From Octopus bimaculoides (lineage: Eukaryota), in NCBI RefSeq assembly GCF_001194135.2, contig NC_068986.1, positions 22,570,980-22,634,979 on the forward strand: a stretch of 64,000 nt of DNA, given 5' to 3'. The translations under genes and the position numbers were made by a program. Of this stretch, positions 11,492 through 25,243 are shown one piece after another. The notes beneath the pieces are model-generated. The model had not been told where the DNA came from. It saw only the letters and a program-made list of their open reading frames with translations, and ran no database searches. The stretch's first letter is position 1. Every line of letters begins with the position of its first letter.

Positions 11492-11953
11492 GTGGCACCT
11501 CACTTGAGATATTACCTGCATGGCAGTCATTGTTAGTGTGAAAGATGTAATTGTACTGTAAACCTGATTATAGCAAAGATATCCTAAAAGCATAGAATAT
11601 TTGGTAATTTTCAACATAATAAAAGAAATAGTTGATTTGATGGGACATTGTGGTGGATAATAGTTTATATGGTAGTAAGAAGCTATTGTGAAAGGAGAAA
11701 TGTAAAAGTAGCTGAATGTTTTTCTTATCTTTCTGTGATTATTTGTGGCTTTGCTTATGCAGTCTAATATATATACAGAGGAAAATTTGAAATTTCTAAT
11801 GTATTTCACTTGTAATAACTGAAGAGAATCAATATCTGTGTAACAACTTACACAACTACTTGAAATGTGCGTATTAAATCCATTTGAAATAACTGGTTAT
11901 TATTCATGTGCATACATTATATGTGTGTGTATGTGTATACATATATATTTGTG

Positions 11954-11996
<43 letters not shown>

Positions 11997-12034
11997 ATAT
12001 ATGTAGATATTCTTCTGTCATTTCTTGTGTGTCC

Positions 12035-12414
12035 NNNNNNNNNNNNNNNNNNNNNNNNNNNNNNNNNNNNNNNNNNNNNNNNNNNNNNNNNNNNNNNNNN
12101 NNNNNNNNNNNNNNNNNNNNNNNNNNNNNNNNNNNNNNNNNNNNNNNNNNNNNNNNNNNNNNNNNNNNNNNNNNNNNNNNNNNNNNNNNNNNNNNNNNNN
12201 NNNNNNNNNNNNNNNNNNNNNNNNNNNNNNNNNNNNNNNNNNNNNNNNNNNNNNNNNNNNNNNNNNNNNNNNNNNNNNNNNNNNNNNNNNNNNNNNNNNN
12301 NNNNNNNNNNNNNNNNNNNNNNNNNNNNNNNNNNNNNNNNNNNNNNNNNNNNNNNNNNNNNNNNNNNNNNNNNNNNNNNNNNNNNNNNNNNNNNNNNNNN
12401 NNNNNNNNNNNNNN
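12035..12414. other. Assembly gap with duplicated microsatellite flanks
   Basis: N-run; about 100 bp left of the gap is repeated right of it. Confidence 0.95.
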
Positions 12415-12435
12415 GTGTATACATATATATTTGTG

Positions 12436-12478
<43 letters not shown>

Positions 12479-13365
12479 ATATATGTAGATATTCTTCTGT
12501 CATTTCTTGTGTGTCCCATGATTTTTTTTGAAGGAGCATGCAACATGTGCATGCTTTTCAGTCTATATATCAGTCTATGTATTGACTGAAAAAAAATAAT
12601 TTTGTTAATTTTTTTCAGAGCTGAAGTTTCACTGCTTGCTTTTAGTAATGAAAGGAAATTTAAGAATGGCAACGTAGGGTATATTTTCCTTGTTTTAGGA
12701 AACTGATTTGTCTCAAACACAGATGGAGGACTAAAACTGATTAGAGATGTAAACAAATTTCTGTGATATCACAGATTCCAGTGTTATCAAAAAAAAAAAA
12801 AAATTGGAGCAGTGTTCCTTGAAATCCAATCTATAATATGAGTCACGTGTTGAAATAACTAACCTACTTCTGCTTGAGCAATTTCTTAGCAATGAAAGCG
12901 TTCTGAAGGAAATGAAATTTAGACTTATTTATTGAAAGGTACATGGTTTGATAAAAAGAATGATAATGAACAACAACAAAACTCTGTGACTCAGTTTCAA
13001 TTTGCATTAAAGACTGCTGCTTCATTTATCTTGCTCAATTCTGTTGGGAATTGTGTAATTGTCACAACTTTTCACTGCAGCTTCCCTTCAGATATGAAGC
13101 ATTATGTATATAGTTGTAAGAAAACAAAATTGTATTATAATAGCCTTATTTTTATCTCTTTTTTTGTGACACATGAAACAAAAATGCTTGCTGGCCTGAT
13201 AATGAAAGCCAAGAGAATGTTAAGAATGGACTGTAGCTGAGTTAATGAAAGAATGATATGCAGGATATGTAATGGGATCTTGATAAAAATATGTATTAGG
13301 ATATCATATTATATAAAGTAATGTCCATCAAGTGAAAAACATAGAAAGCTATTTGGATTTGTATG

Positions 13366-13400
<35 letters not shown>

Positions 13401-16400
13401 ATAGATATATACATATGTGTATACATACACATTTATACACTCATGCATACATACATCATTTTACATATCTTCATTTACACTGTTTCATTGAAAATTTTGT
13501 CTTTGTTTATATTTTCTGGTAAGCAAATGTTTTGTAGTTTTTAGCATTCAACCTGTGTGGGGCCAATGGAATGAGGGAAGCTCCGTGAAAAAAAAAAAAA
13601 AGACAATACTTTTTCTTGAAAAAGAGCTAACGGTTAGTGAAGGGAAGAGCATCTGGCTGCAGAAAATCCTCCTCAAGTTTTTATCTAACCTATATCAGCC
13701 TTGAAAAAATGAACGTAAAATTGAATGACAAATATGCACTTATATAGGTCAATGGAAATGGATGCACTAATATACATAATGTGTTACTGTCCAGTGCCGT
13801 TAGACATATATCTGTGTTATTTTTTTGTACAGTTCACTAATTAACTGATAATATTCTTTTCTTTTATATAAAAAGTCCTTTAGGATATTGGCAATAAAAT
13901 TAAAAACAATTATGTAATCTTGGAAGAAAAGAAATTTGTTTTAATTTGGTCTTTGTATTTTTTTAACTTATTCTAGAAGAGGTTGGTGTCTTGTGTAAAT
14001 TTGAATTTTCCCATTGATTATTGCTACAACTCACATAGAATTAGTTCTTTGTTCAATTATAAACATAGAAAAGGCTAGCGAATAATCCTGTAAGAAATCT
14101 GACCTCAAAACCATCACCTTCCTGTAGTTGATTGACCCCTTCCTGCTACTAAATAAGGCAGTCTTTTCTTAACTTACCAAGAAATGTTAGCATTTTCTAA
14201 CCTATTCCAGCCTATGCCTGCTGGGTGTGGATGGGAATCCTGTCTGTTAATATAAGCCTGGACCCACCATATGCATGTGACATTTAAAATATAGATACTA
14301 GGAAATGGCAAATACAGTGTATCTTCTCAATTACAATTTCCAGCATATCTTTCTGCCATATGTGAATGGACAGTTGAGGGAATAAGAAAAAGGTCTGGGA
14401 CTTTGAAATAACAAATGCTGTGAGGTGAATAGTTATGGTTAGAAACAGAAAAGTTTTTAAAAAAAAGAATGAAGTCTTACTCCATCCATATGTATTCTGT
14501 ACCAACAATGGAATTGTAAAATATTGGTTGAAATATTTGATAGTTTGTGAATCACAAAGAAAGTGTGAATTAAAGACTATGGACTACTCAGTTGACCTAT
14601 TAAAAATTGTAGCTAATTTCTTCTAATTAGGTAATATAATTAATTCTGGTGGCTGAAGTATTGTAGTTAGAGACAAAGCAAGATGGGAGAAATTGAAATT
14701 CAGAAAGCAACAATAACTTTCTCCAGGGTAGACCTATGCAATATGCTTTAGGTGCATGTTATTATTTAGTACTAAAATATGAAGTTCAGAGAAAAGCTAA
14801 ATGTAAGAGAGTGGTATAAAACAGTATTAGAGGTTATGAACCCGAGTGTGCAGTTTAGTTGTTCATCTATCCTCATTTATCACAGGAGTTTGGTTAAAAA
14901 ACAAGATTGTGTAAATGGAATGAATGATAGATTCATTGACTCTAAACTCATGGCCCACAGCAGGGCAGCTTCCACCTTCATGTTTTCTTGATCATTACTA
15001 TCTTTTCCTGTAGAAAATACACTTGTCTGTGTCATTTGTTAGGATCAAGTGTCTTTGTATATTTTCTGTTTGTTGGTCCCATGTAGACGAGTACGTGTCT
15101 ATGAATCCATATAAAATTAAGCAGCCTTGCTACATGGTCATGTAAACACTTGTGATAATGAATTTTGGGTAGCTGAGCATTGTGTGTTGTCGCTGGGGCA
15201 TGTTTTTGTGGTACAAGCAGAATCTTCAATTTATTGCTGACCCATGTTATCACAGATCAATCTGTGATAGGTGTAACCTGGTTTACAAATTTATCATAAT
15301 GTATTAATCCTGGAACAGTGATGAATGAGTCAGTGATAAATGAGGCTGCATGAACTTATATTGTCATGTACTACAATTAAGATGGTGCATGATGGATAAT
15401 GATGTGAATTGATGGTAGTAGTCATGGGGTACTTCAAATAGACCAAGAAAGGCCTGCAATGTACAGATGTGAAAACACTGGTGTTCACAGAGGAGATAAT
15501 TCATGACTAAGTTGTTTGAAGATAAGTTGTATAGCTGACCTGTCTTTGCTTGGAAAGCTGATGTTAAAATGATAGCATTAATGTGGGTTTTATTTTGACA
15601 TTTTATGCTGCTGTTAGTCAGATGGGTTTGCAGTTCATCATCTTACATGCATTTTGATTCTTCTCACTAATTTTTGTTATACTAAATGCTCTAGTTGGCT
15701 TATCTGATACTGACTGCTGTTTATCAATTATTATTTTTTTTTAGTCAAGTCCTAATTTATTTATGGTTTCATTCTTAATAATATAATTTTCAATATCTGC
15801 TATCTTGTATTTTTATCATTTATTTCTTATTATATATCACATTAGACTTTATTTGTTATGATATGTAAAAACTTTCAACATGAAACTTTGTACTTTTGGT
15901 GTGACTTATGTAAATACTCAGATAATATTCAGAACCATCTTATTTACATTTCTGTATTATCTCTTATAAATGCATTTCCAGCCTTCAATTAGCATTGTGC
16001 CGGAGGTTTTATGCCATAATATGAGAAGTCAAGATGTTTGCTGCAATAACTGTAGATAAAATTTCTCTACAGATTATTTTCGAAATGTGTAGTTTATTGA
16101 TTTATTCTTTCTCTCTATTTTCCTGCAAAACCCGTTTTCTCTGGCCATAGAGGCTTGGGGCTAATGCTCTGTGTTTAAACAAGTAAGATAAATCCCCTTC
16201 AGGTAACATTATTGGTTTATGGCAGGCAACAGATCTGTTACAGTATTTTCTAGGTGAAAAAAACGAGTGTATGATTTAGTGTCATGACCAAAAAATACAA
16301 TGAACTGTTTGTTCGTGTTATGAACACGTAACCTTTGGGTTGGCAGCCAATACTTTTTCACATGGCCATGATCATTTCTTCTTGCACACACAGACATGTA

Positions 16401-16429
16401 TTCTGATATAGAGATGCTGTTTTTTTAGT

Positions 16430-17300
16430 ACTTTTTTGAACCAAGAGAGTTTTCAGTTTCCATTTTTTTCCCTTCAGATTTCCTTGTGTCTGAGTTAATG
16501 TCATTCTTATCTTGAGGTTGCTGACAACTAGTCTATGTTAACTAGAGAAGGATTTAGTATACACAGCTAGTTGCCTATTCTGTTTTCTATTGAGTGTAAA
16601 GTCTAACTGGCTGGCATGTATACCTAAAGTTAAGCAATTAGGTCATTGGCCAGTTTCCTGAAGTTTTGCAAATGGTTAGGACATTTGTATCACAGGCCCC
16701 CAGGATCCTTGATTCTTCTTCTTTCTTTGTACCATATCCACAGCCTCCAGATACTCCAGAGTAAATGTCTTGGGAGTTGTCCAACATGTCCAATAATGTC
16801 TCCATGTTTGTGAGGTTGCTATCATATGTAATTGAAGTAGTTTGCAACAAGTAGTCATAAATGCTTCCTTTTGCTCATCTGTCAGTTCTGATTATAGTGC
16901 ATATGCAGAGATTAATAATGCTGCCCAAGACTAGTCCAAATTTCATTATTCTTACACATTCTCATACTAATTCAAATATTTCATCCATTTATTTCTCTGC
17001 CAACAATTGGCCATGAGAATTTGTACTGCTTCCTTGCCTGATAGAAATTTGGTTGAAGCATGTTCTAGTTTACCTCTTCTATACAGGCCCATATCTGATT
17101 ACCTTCTCTTCAGATTCCTTACTATCTTTCCTGACCTGTCTTTTATTGTGCTCATGTTAGTGGTGCCAGCTGTGATGTTTTATACCTGACAAAAAAGAGA
17201 AGATTTCTTGGTAGTGCATAGGTTGCTTGATATCTGTTTTCTGTGTCTGAAATAGTTTGTGTGATTGTTTGATGGCAGTTGAGATATTCTCACACATGAT
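16430..17300 (-). mobile_element. Degenerate RTE-clade LINE, AP-endonuclease region
   Basis: Minus frames give LISAYAL*SELTDEQKEAF (ISAYAPQ motif) and GVSGGCGYGTKKEEESRILGACDTNVLTICKT (GVHGGYGYGxRNEEGxRILEFCDANxLxICNT). Confidence 0.7.
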
Positions 17301-17499
17301 TAGATGCCTCCACTTGACCACCCCACAACATATTTTATATTGCTTTTTTTTCTGTAAAATTCATTGATTACATCATTTTGATTATAGCATATGTTTTACA
17401 GCTGGATGTTCTTACTGCTGAGATATATTTTAAATGTGTCTATTTGATAAACAGGTCTCATTTTTACTGTTCTATCTTATAAACCTCTCTCTCAACAAT

Positions 17500-18170
17500 T
17501 ATATTCTGCCTTTGTGGTTAACATGAATCAGCCAAGTTGTTTAAAACATTTTCTTGTGTCTAATTCTATGTCAGTCACAAATCTTTCTGAGTGCTAAATA
17601 CATCAGTTCTGAACATAGCTTCATGATGCAAGTTAGGTTTTTGGTTGTGAGTAGTGTAATGGATGAGTGTAATGGTATGAATTTGTATCCTGATTTGCTG
17701 AGGGGGATGTGTGGTCTAGTGTTTTCAAGAGTGAATCTTTCTAAAGCTTTTGACATTTGTAGGAATGTAAGGTGTCTTTGTGAAGCTACTTGAGTTGGGT
17801 ATTGTGAAGCTTCAAAATTAAGATTTTGCCCTGTTTCCATAGTCTAGTGATTTGGCTAAATTGGTGTAAGTTGTTCTGTAACCCAAGTTAGCTCTCAAGC
17901 AATCTGTGGTATGCAGGTAGTCATATTCTAGATATGAAGTTATCCCTGCACTCACCAGCATTTTGTGTCCATTTCTCCCATTCTTGTATGGTTTGGACAG
18001 ATCTCTCTTCAGAATACTCACAGGCATCACATTTGGACAACACAAAGAAACAACATTGTTATTGTATAAACAATATATTTTATTCATCATTGCATATAAC
18101 ATCCTACCTGGGCTCTCAGCTGTTCTCTCTAACAAATGTTAAATTATAGAGAACTCAAAATTGCATTTCA
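17500..18170 (-). mobile_element. Degenerate non-LTR reverse transcriptase remnant, clade uncertain
   Basis: SKALERFTLENTRPHIPLSKSGYKFIPLHSSITLLT resembles KLLERLIL..HIPLSPTQHGFRPxHSTTTLLT. Confidence 0.5.
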
Positions 18171-18220
18171 CAAGCAGCCATCCTTTGTTTTGTTTCATAC
18201 AATTGTCCTTCATCTTACAT

Positions 18221-18643
18221 TTTTACTTGTTTCAGTCATTTGACTGCGGCCATGCTGGAGCACCACTTTTAGTCGAGCAAATCGACCCCAGGACTTATTC
18301 TTTGTAANNNNNNNNNNCAAATCGACCCCAGGACTTATTCTTTGTAAGCCTAGTACTTATTCTATCAGTCTCTTTTGCCGAACCACTAAGTTATGGAGAC
18401 GTAAACACATCAGCATCGGTTATCAAGCGATGTTGTGGGGACAAACACAGACACACACACACACACATATATATACATATATACGACGGGCTTCTTTCAG
18501 TTTCCGTCTACCAAATCCACTCACAAGGCTTTGGTCGGCCCGATGCTATAGTAAAAGACACTTGCCCAACGTGCCATGCAGTGGGACTGAACCTGGAACC
18601 ATGTGGTTGGTAAGCAAGCTACTTACCACACTACCACTTCTGC
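18221..18643 (-). mobile_element. SINE family A, full length, CpG-rich (young), contains a 10-N gap
   Basis: Complete tail-to-head match to the family consensus inferred from the other copies. Confidence 0.92.
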
Positions 18644-19129
18644 AGAAGTCCATTTATAATTTTTTTTTTTAGTCGGGTGTTGAGGATTTTGAGTTTGGGG
18701 GTTTTCCTGTTGATTTTCTGGTGGAAGACAGCATATTTTGCACCTTAGGACCCCCTCTTTCTACCATCAGAAAATCAATGGGAAGGTGTATATTTTGCTC
18801 TTAATGTTTTTGTCTTCTTTGCTGCTGATTTTACAAAAAGGGTTTTAAAAGAAAAATTGCTTGTGGTTGAAATATGGATATGTTATTGTAACATGTAATA
18901 TGATATAACCGTTGTTAGAATGGTTGATGCTGCTACTTATTTTGAATAATGTTTACTACTCATTTTGTCATTTATCTTGGACATAAATACCTTATTAGTT
19001 TTCTGTTTTTCTATGATTTATTTTCTTTGGCCTAGCCTTGCTTAGTTTCTTGGTGTTGAGTCCTGTTTGTTATGTGTTGTTGTGCTGTGTTTGAGCTTAT
19101 CTCCAGTTTTATCAGTTTGGCTGTTTTAA

Positions 19130-19620
19130 TAGTGTGATTGAAGTTAGAGTTTATCACTGACGTCAGAAAAGCTTTCAACTCTGTCCTCCCACTATTTATA
19201 CAAAACTTCTTAACTTCTATTTAAGAAACAAATCAAAGCTTGGTTGACAGACAACCTCTTGGGTCCACAAAACCCATATAATACACAACACATCTAGAAT
19301 ATGTGATCAACTGCTACCCCAATTATAGAACCAAAAGGTCCTGTTTTCTGACCTACTCTTTTTAACTTGTACCTATACCAGCTTTCTACAACCCTTCAGA
19401 ATACAAATGATATTACAGTCACTTCTTCCCACCACTGCTCTGACGCAGCTGTACAACTTCTTTAACAAAGTTTAATCACTTAGAAACTTGGCTCCGAATC
19501 AACAGGATTGGAATAAAACCTACCATATAGGGAAATTTAATATCTCCCTTCTTACCAGCAACATCAGAGAACATTAATTATAATTGACCATTACATTCAA
19601 CAACATTAACATACCACATA
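19130..19620 (+). mobile_element. Degenerate non-LTR reverse transcriptase remnant
   Basis: ITDVRKAFNSV (D.SKAFD.V), KGPVF*PTLFNLYL (QGSVLSPTLFNLY), LETWLRINRI. Confidence 0.55.
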
Positions 19621-19649
19621 TCCAAGAGGCAGGGAGCCTTTAAAATGCT

Positions 19650-19818
19650 TTTAATCATAGGTCTGCTGAGTTAGTGCTATGACAACATATAGTGGACAGT
19701 AGCAATGTGAGGTGAAGTGTTTTGCTCAAGAACACAATGTGCACCTGGTATGGGAATTGAAACCACAATCTCAGATCATGAGTGCACTATGCCTGACCAC
19801 TAAGCCACATTGCTTCAT
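19650..19818 (-). mobile_element. tRNA-derived SINE family B, diverged
   Basis: Reverse complement of the head at 63206 (gtgttttgctcaagaacacaa...ggaattgaaacc...gaccactaagccac). Confidence 0.65.
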
Positions 19819-19825
19819 GCGTGCA

Positions 19826-19826
19826 T

Positions 19827-19871
<45 letters not shown>
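19826..19871. repeat. (CA)n microsatellite
   Basis: Read directly from the sequence. Confidence 0.95.
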
Positions 19872-19872
<1 letters not shown>

Positions 19873-19994
19873 CTGATACTTTGTTACCACTATCTTTCTC
19901 TCTCTTTCCAGCTACTCCCTCCTAACTTCAAGTAATGTGGGGTGGCCATGTATTCCCTTTACAGCAACACCTAGCACAGATCTCTGTCTCTCAG

Positions 19995-20215
19995 CACTGC
20001 ATCCTCCACCTCAGTTGGACGGTCTTGTCTTCTGCGTTATTTGGTGACACAAGACCACCCAGTACACTCTGTAAAATTGTTAGTATTAGGAAGGGCAACC
20101 AGCCATAGAAACCATTGCCAAAGCAGAGAGAATTCAACAAAGCTATGGGACCTGTCAGTTCCTGCTGATTCATTCAACTCATGTCAGTATGGGAGATAGG
20201 CATTAAAATAATGTA
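19995..20215 (+). mobile_element. RTE-tail-type repeat family E
   Basis: cagtacactctgtaaa...ttaggaagggcaaccagccatagaaaccat; the reverse complement of the copies at 29632, 32128 and 36040. Confidence 0.65.
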
Positions 20216-20452
20216 GTAACAATGACAGGACCCTTTTACAACATTCACAGCACATGTGGGAGACATAGTAGGGAAAATAAAATGGTGTGCAAACATATTT
20301 AGAGCACTCACAGGCACAACATTTGAAGAACAAAACTGTTACTGTATATATAATGTATTTACTGTATCATATATATGACACTCTGTCTAGGCTCACAGTT
20401 CTTTTTGAACAAATATCCAACTACAGTGAGTCCAAAACTGTGTACTTTACAT

Positions 20453-20741
20453 TGGTGCTTCTCAGACTATCTGATGTGATGTACTGGCAGTTTCTTTTTC
20501 CAATGTGCCGGGGACCGTAATATTTCTTAGTAATATTAATTTATTCTGGAAACAATATATATAATGAATATAATAAAAGTTGACAATTTTTTAAATCTTA
20601 TATTTATTTTGTAAACAAATAATACAATATTACATAAGCATTTTATAATGTTTCTTTCTTTTCTGGAAACTCGCTGCATACCAGTAGCTGATGGCTTGCA
20701 GACCGGCACCGGCCCACGGACCACCACTTTGTGTAGCACTG
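20453..20741. mobile_element. hAT (Charlie-like) non-autonomous element
   Basis: Ends tggtgcttctcaga / tttgtgtagcactg; 8-bp TSD ctttacat (20445-20452) / cttaacat (20742-20749), 7 of 8 match. Confidence 0.75.
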
Positions 20742-22396
20742 CTTAACATAACTACAACTTACACAGAACATATCAGTTGCACAACAACCTAGAAATGCAA
20801 AAATGAAATCTCCTGGACTTGTAAATGACACAGTTTGTTATTATAGCAAGCTGTGACTCATATTGTCTTTGTTACTACAGGCACAGTCACACCCAAACAA
20901 AGAGGCATATCTACAACATTCCAGAGTAGTATCATAACAATATCCTAAGAACAACATTTCACCTACCCAGTCCATATAAACATATGAAAATCAAAAGATT
21001 TAATAGAGTTGTTAGCTCCATCTCTATCTCGGAAAACCCCAGTCAAATAATAACTGCAGAAGAGACACTTATGTTTGGATAGACCTCATCCTGTTCACCT
21101 CTGCAGAATGAAACTAATAGAATTATATGTGGTATCTATATTATAATGAAGAAAGCTGCTTATTAATTAGTTATGTAATGATTATTAAAAGAAAGCAATT
21201 ATTAAAAGACTTGACCGCCTGGAAATTTTTTTATATATTCATGTTCCAAGACATTTCCTGTAATTTCAATTTCTAAAGTTTATTGAATATTTGAACTTCA
21301 AGTTTTTCACAAATTCATTGCATTCACTTTGGAGTAGATTTTAATGTTTAATATGCATTAATTTGTTGCAGACAAAATTTTCTGTTTTCATTTGCAACAA
21401 TCTCTCACTCTCTCTCACCTCTATTTTTATTTTGCTACCTCGAAGTTTGTTTAAATTAGAGATATATTATAGCTACAATAAATCAATGAAAGAAATATAT
21501 ACTAAGCAAGTGAAATTTTTTATAAATTGAAGTTTTCAGGAAAATTTACTTTCTGAACTTCCTTTTATTATTGAATATTTTAAGTTCACAAGTTTCAATA
21601 TTCGGTACAAGATAGTTTTTAACAAGTTTTTATATATACGATTTTTTTCATTTCATGTTAATTTCATTCATTGTTTGCAATGTTCTCTCTCTCTCACACT
21701 CTCACACACACTGTCTCTGTAATATAAGCACACACACACACTCTCTCCAGATTTGATTTCATTATTACACAAATATCACATTAGAATTTTGCAATTCAAC
21801 ATGGGGTGTTCAAAAAAATATGCGACTGAAAAAGAACATTTAGCAGCAAAGGCATGATGGCAGAGAATATCATAAAAATTTATTAGAATTGAAAATCAAA
21901 TGTGAAAATATTATCAAGCAGCTAGCAGAAAATTGCCTGGAGGCCAGTCTTTCTGCTAGTATTGTATAATGTTCTCTCAACAATAGCTTTAGTGAAGAAA
22001 TTATAATAGATTTTAGAGTCCTTATTCTAAATTAAAGCTACAACAGAGAATATTTCTGAATTTCATGAAATATGTTCTGTTCAGTCGAGATTTAGTGATA
22101 GCAAGAACTGTGTCCTGACAAGCTGAAGAAGGGGATTTCTTTAGAATTTATTTGTTCTATCATTTTCCCTGATAAGCAAATATATTGTGTTAAATGATAG
22201 GGTGCTAACAATTTGTAAGAGTATAACATTAACCAATAATAAGTTTGGAATATTGATAAAATGCAAATAAACTTTTAAAAAGTTTTTAACAAGAATATGA
22301 AGTTAAATGTATCATGAAGATCTGATGTAGTACTAGTATAATTGAAGTAGGGTTGAATAAAATAAATTAAAATGTTGGACAGTATTTCCAACTACA

Positions 22397-22500
22397 TTGG
22401 TTGGTGTTTAGGAAGGGCATCCAGCTGTAGAAACTATGCCAGATCAGATTGGAGCCTGATGCAGCCATCTGGTTTGCTAGTCCTCTGTCAAATCATCAAC
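22397..22500 (+). mobile_element. Family E fragment
   Basis: ggttggtgtttaggaagggcatccagctgtagaaactatgccagatcagattggagcctg. Confidence 0.65.
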
Positions 22501-23099
22501 TAGACAGAAATATGTGAATCTAAAAAATAATGTTCAGTGTATTTCCTTGTAGTTTATTGTTCTTTGTTAAACAGAGATCCAGAGCAGTTTCTATTTATTC
22601 TTATTTTTTCCTGGTTCTCTTTTAAAGTTAATTCTCTATAATCGGATCTAAACATCTTACTTGAATAATTCTTTGGTCTAAACATATTCATGTGTAAGAA
22701 TACTTTTTTAAGAACTAAATTAAATATTTGTTCTTGAAAGATAATTATGTATAAAGATGTTTTTAGTTGTTATATTTAATGAATTTACATGGTTTTCTTT
22801 TTTGCTGAAAAGTTTCAGGACTTATTTAAAAGTTATTTTAAATTTCTCCATGGGATGATTTTCACAAAGATGAACACCTGCTTATGCATTGGAGCAAGTG
22901 TTTCCCAGTTGGATACTCTTTCTACTGCCAAACTACTTATCTGTGAAAGAAGAGAGGTATCTGTGACTGCTAAGTAGCTAGAAACAAACAATGTAATTTG
23001 TGTTGCCTAAGAACGTAGTGCAATGGCTTGATAAAGTTTTAGCTCTTGACTGTATCACGTAGATTTCTTTTTCCCAGTTTGAACCCTTTAAGTAACGTC

Positions 23100-23480
23100 T
23101 GTGAATACAAGCAGCTGAAAATGGGGTTTTTTCCAGAGACTTTCTAGAGTAATTTTACTTGACATGGCGTTTAGGTCAGAGATCAAGGAGTCTCTCCAGG
23201 TTGAGCTGCTAACTCTCATAAATAGGTCACAGCTCCACCACTACAAACATGTGATTTGAATGCTGCAGGAAAGAATCACAAGACAGATTCTTCAGGCTGA
23301 GTCAACTGGCAGGAGACCTAGGGATAGACCAAGAATGAGATGGTTGGATAATATCAACAGTCTCAGTTATTCACTGAGAATCCAGCCAGAAAGTGCAGTG
23401 ACATTCGTTTCTGGTAGGATCCTACGAAGGAGATGCCTGAAGTCTGTACCCCATGACCTTCCCAGGAATAGTAGATGGAG
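23100..23480 (+). mobile_element. RTE-clade LINE 3-prime end
   Basis: MGFFQRLSRVILLD...ERITRQILQAESTGRRPRDRPRMRWLDNI, the RTE C-terminal GxRPRGRPRxRW motif; ends at gatggatggat. Confidence 0.75.
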
Positions 23481-24196
23481 AAGATGGATGGATAAATCCT
23501 TTTATATTATTCAGCTGTCTTATAAAATTTGTAATGATTGTAATTCCAAAGAGAGCCTTGATAGACCTAGCAATTTTTCTGAAATTTTTTTTTTTGTGTG
23601 TTGCTGTCAATCAAATTTTTGCCAACTGCTGGCTGCAGACATTAAATAGTTAATATTGGAGATTTGAGGATTTAGGATAAAAAAATGTCATTTTAAACTG
23701 ATGTAATTTAGTCAGCTTAGAAACTTGTATTAACTTGTAATGAAATTATAGAATCTTTACTTTCATGTCTTTATTTTTATATGCAGTATTTTGTTTGTTG
23801 GTCCCTTCATATTATCAACATTTCTATATTTTAAAATGTTAACTTAATCTGTTTCTAAGCTGACTAATTTGCATGCAACAGAATTCCATGTCACCTTGCA
23901 TCAAGTTTGGTAATTTTTCATTCATCTAGTTCATTTGAATCACTGTTTAATTATGTAACTTATATAACATTTTCTTTTGGTTAATAAATTGATTTGAAGA
24001 AAATTCCAGCTGATCCGCTGATCAGAATGTTGTAGCAGCTAGTACAATTTCATCCTTATAAAAGCAACAGACAGAACAATTTCCTGTTTCTGCTTTGATC
24101 TGACTTACATTTTTACTATATAAATGTCAAGTTCATGAAAACACTGCCTTTTATGTTTTATATGTAATTAATTTTTTTTTTACATTGTTGTTTCAG

Positions 24197-24255
24197 ATGT
24201 TAAGTGACTGATCATGATGATGACTATAAAAACAATTCTGTGTTATTTACTGTAG
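24197..24255 (+). other. Candidate non-coding exon (59 nt) or ratchet-point region
   Basis: Strong acceptor ttttttttttacattgttgtttcag and donor TAG|gtaaac; early stops in all three frames. Confidence 0.25.
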
Positions 24256-25132
24256 GTAAACTTGACATTTGACAATATTTCATTATAATATAATATTTTT
24301 TTTCTTTCACTGACAAATAACCTCTGAAAATTGACAAGCCTTTTAAATATGGCTTTTACAGTTTGACATCTTTTGCAGTTTGTTACTTCATCCGAGAGTC
24401 ATGACATTGCTTGTTTGTTTATTTATCACACTTTTCTCCATCCCACATTTTCTTTCTGGATTTATTTATCTTTACAAACACGTACACACATTTCTACTCT
24501 TTGAAAGGTAGTTTTGCATTACAAAATAACTATTTCTCACATTTTTGGCTTCTGTGGAATCAAGTTGCATTGCTCTGTCATAATGCTGAAAGTTCAGTGA
24601 TAATTTAATTAAAGGTTCTGGGTGAGTCTGTGACTAAGGATTAGTGATAACCAACTGATAGTAACTATTTCAAATTCTGGTACTCCACCCTAGACTAAGA
24701 CCAGAGCTTAAATAATACAACATCCTATGTTATTCCTACTTTATGACTTAACCTCATCTAATTAATCTATTGATATTATTATTATCAACACAGTTTAATA
24801 TGGTGTCAATTATTCTTTTTATTTTGTGTATTAAACTTTCTTGTAGATTATATCAAGCTAAAATATCTTGAATGTTATAGTTATCTTGAGGATGTGGTAC
24901 TGTCCTTTACACCCACACACATACCTTCTCTCTCTTCTCCATTCTCTCACATATTTTTTTTTTCCTTTCTACTCTCAATTGCTGTCTCTTTTATAATTAG
25001 CCAGGAGAGGAGGGGCATCACCCATGACCTTTGCTTGTAAACTATTCCAGACTAGTGTGATTGATGTGGCTTATGCTTAATCTGAACATCTGCAGGTCAA
25101 TATCTGTAGCAAATTATATGATTACAGTTATA

Positions 25133-25211
25133 GGCATAGGATGGCTGAGTGGTTAAGAAGTTTGCCTCTCAACCCAATAGTTGGGGTTCAGTCCCACTGC
25201 ATGGCACCTTC
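25133..25211 (+). mobile_element. SINE family A head fragment
   Basis: ggatggctgagtggttaagaag...ggggttcagtcccactgcatggcacctt. Confidence 0.65.
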
Positions 25212-25243
25212 TGAAGCTCATATTATAAGTCATACATTTTTTC

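Noticed and set aside
11865-12756. Long ORFs over N-runs (also 48703-49367, 56632-57492, 59637-60192)
   Set aside because: They are open only because of X codons and (TA)/(CA) microsatellites.
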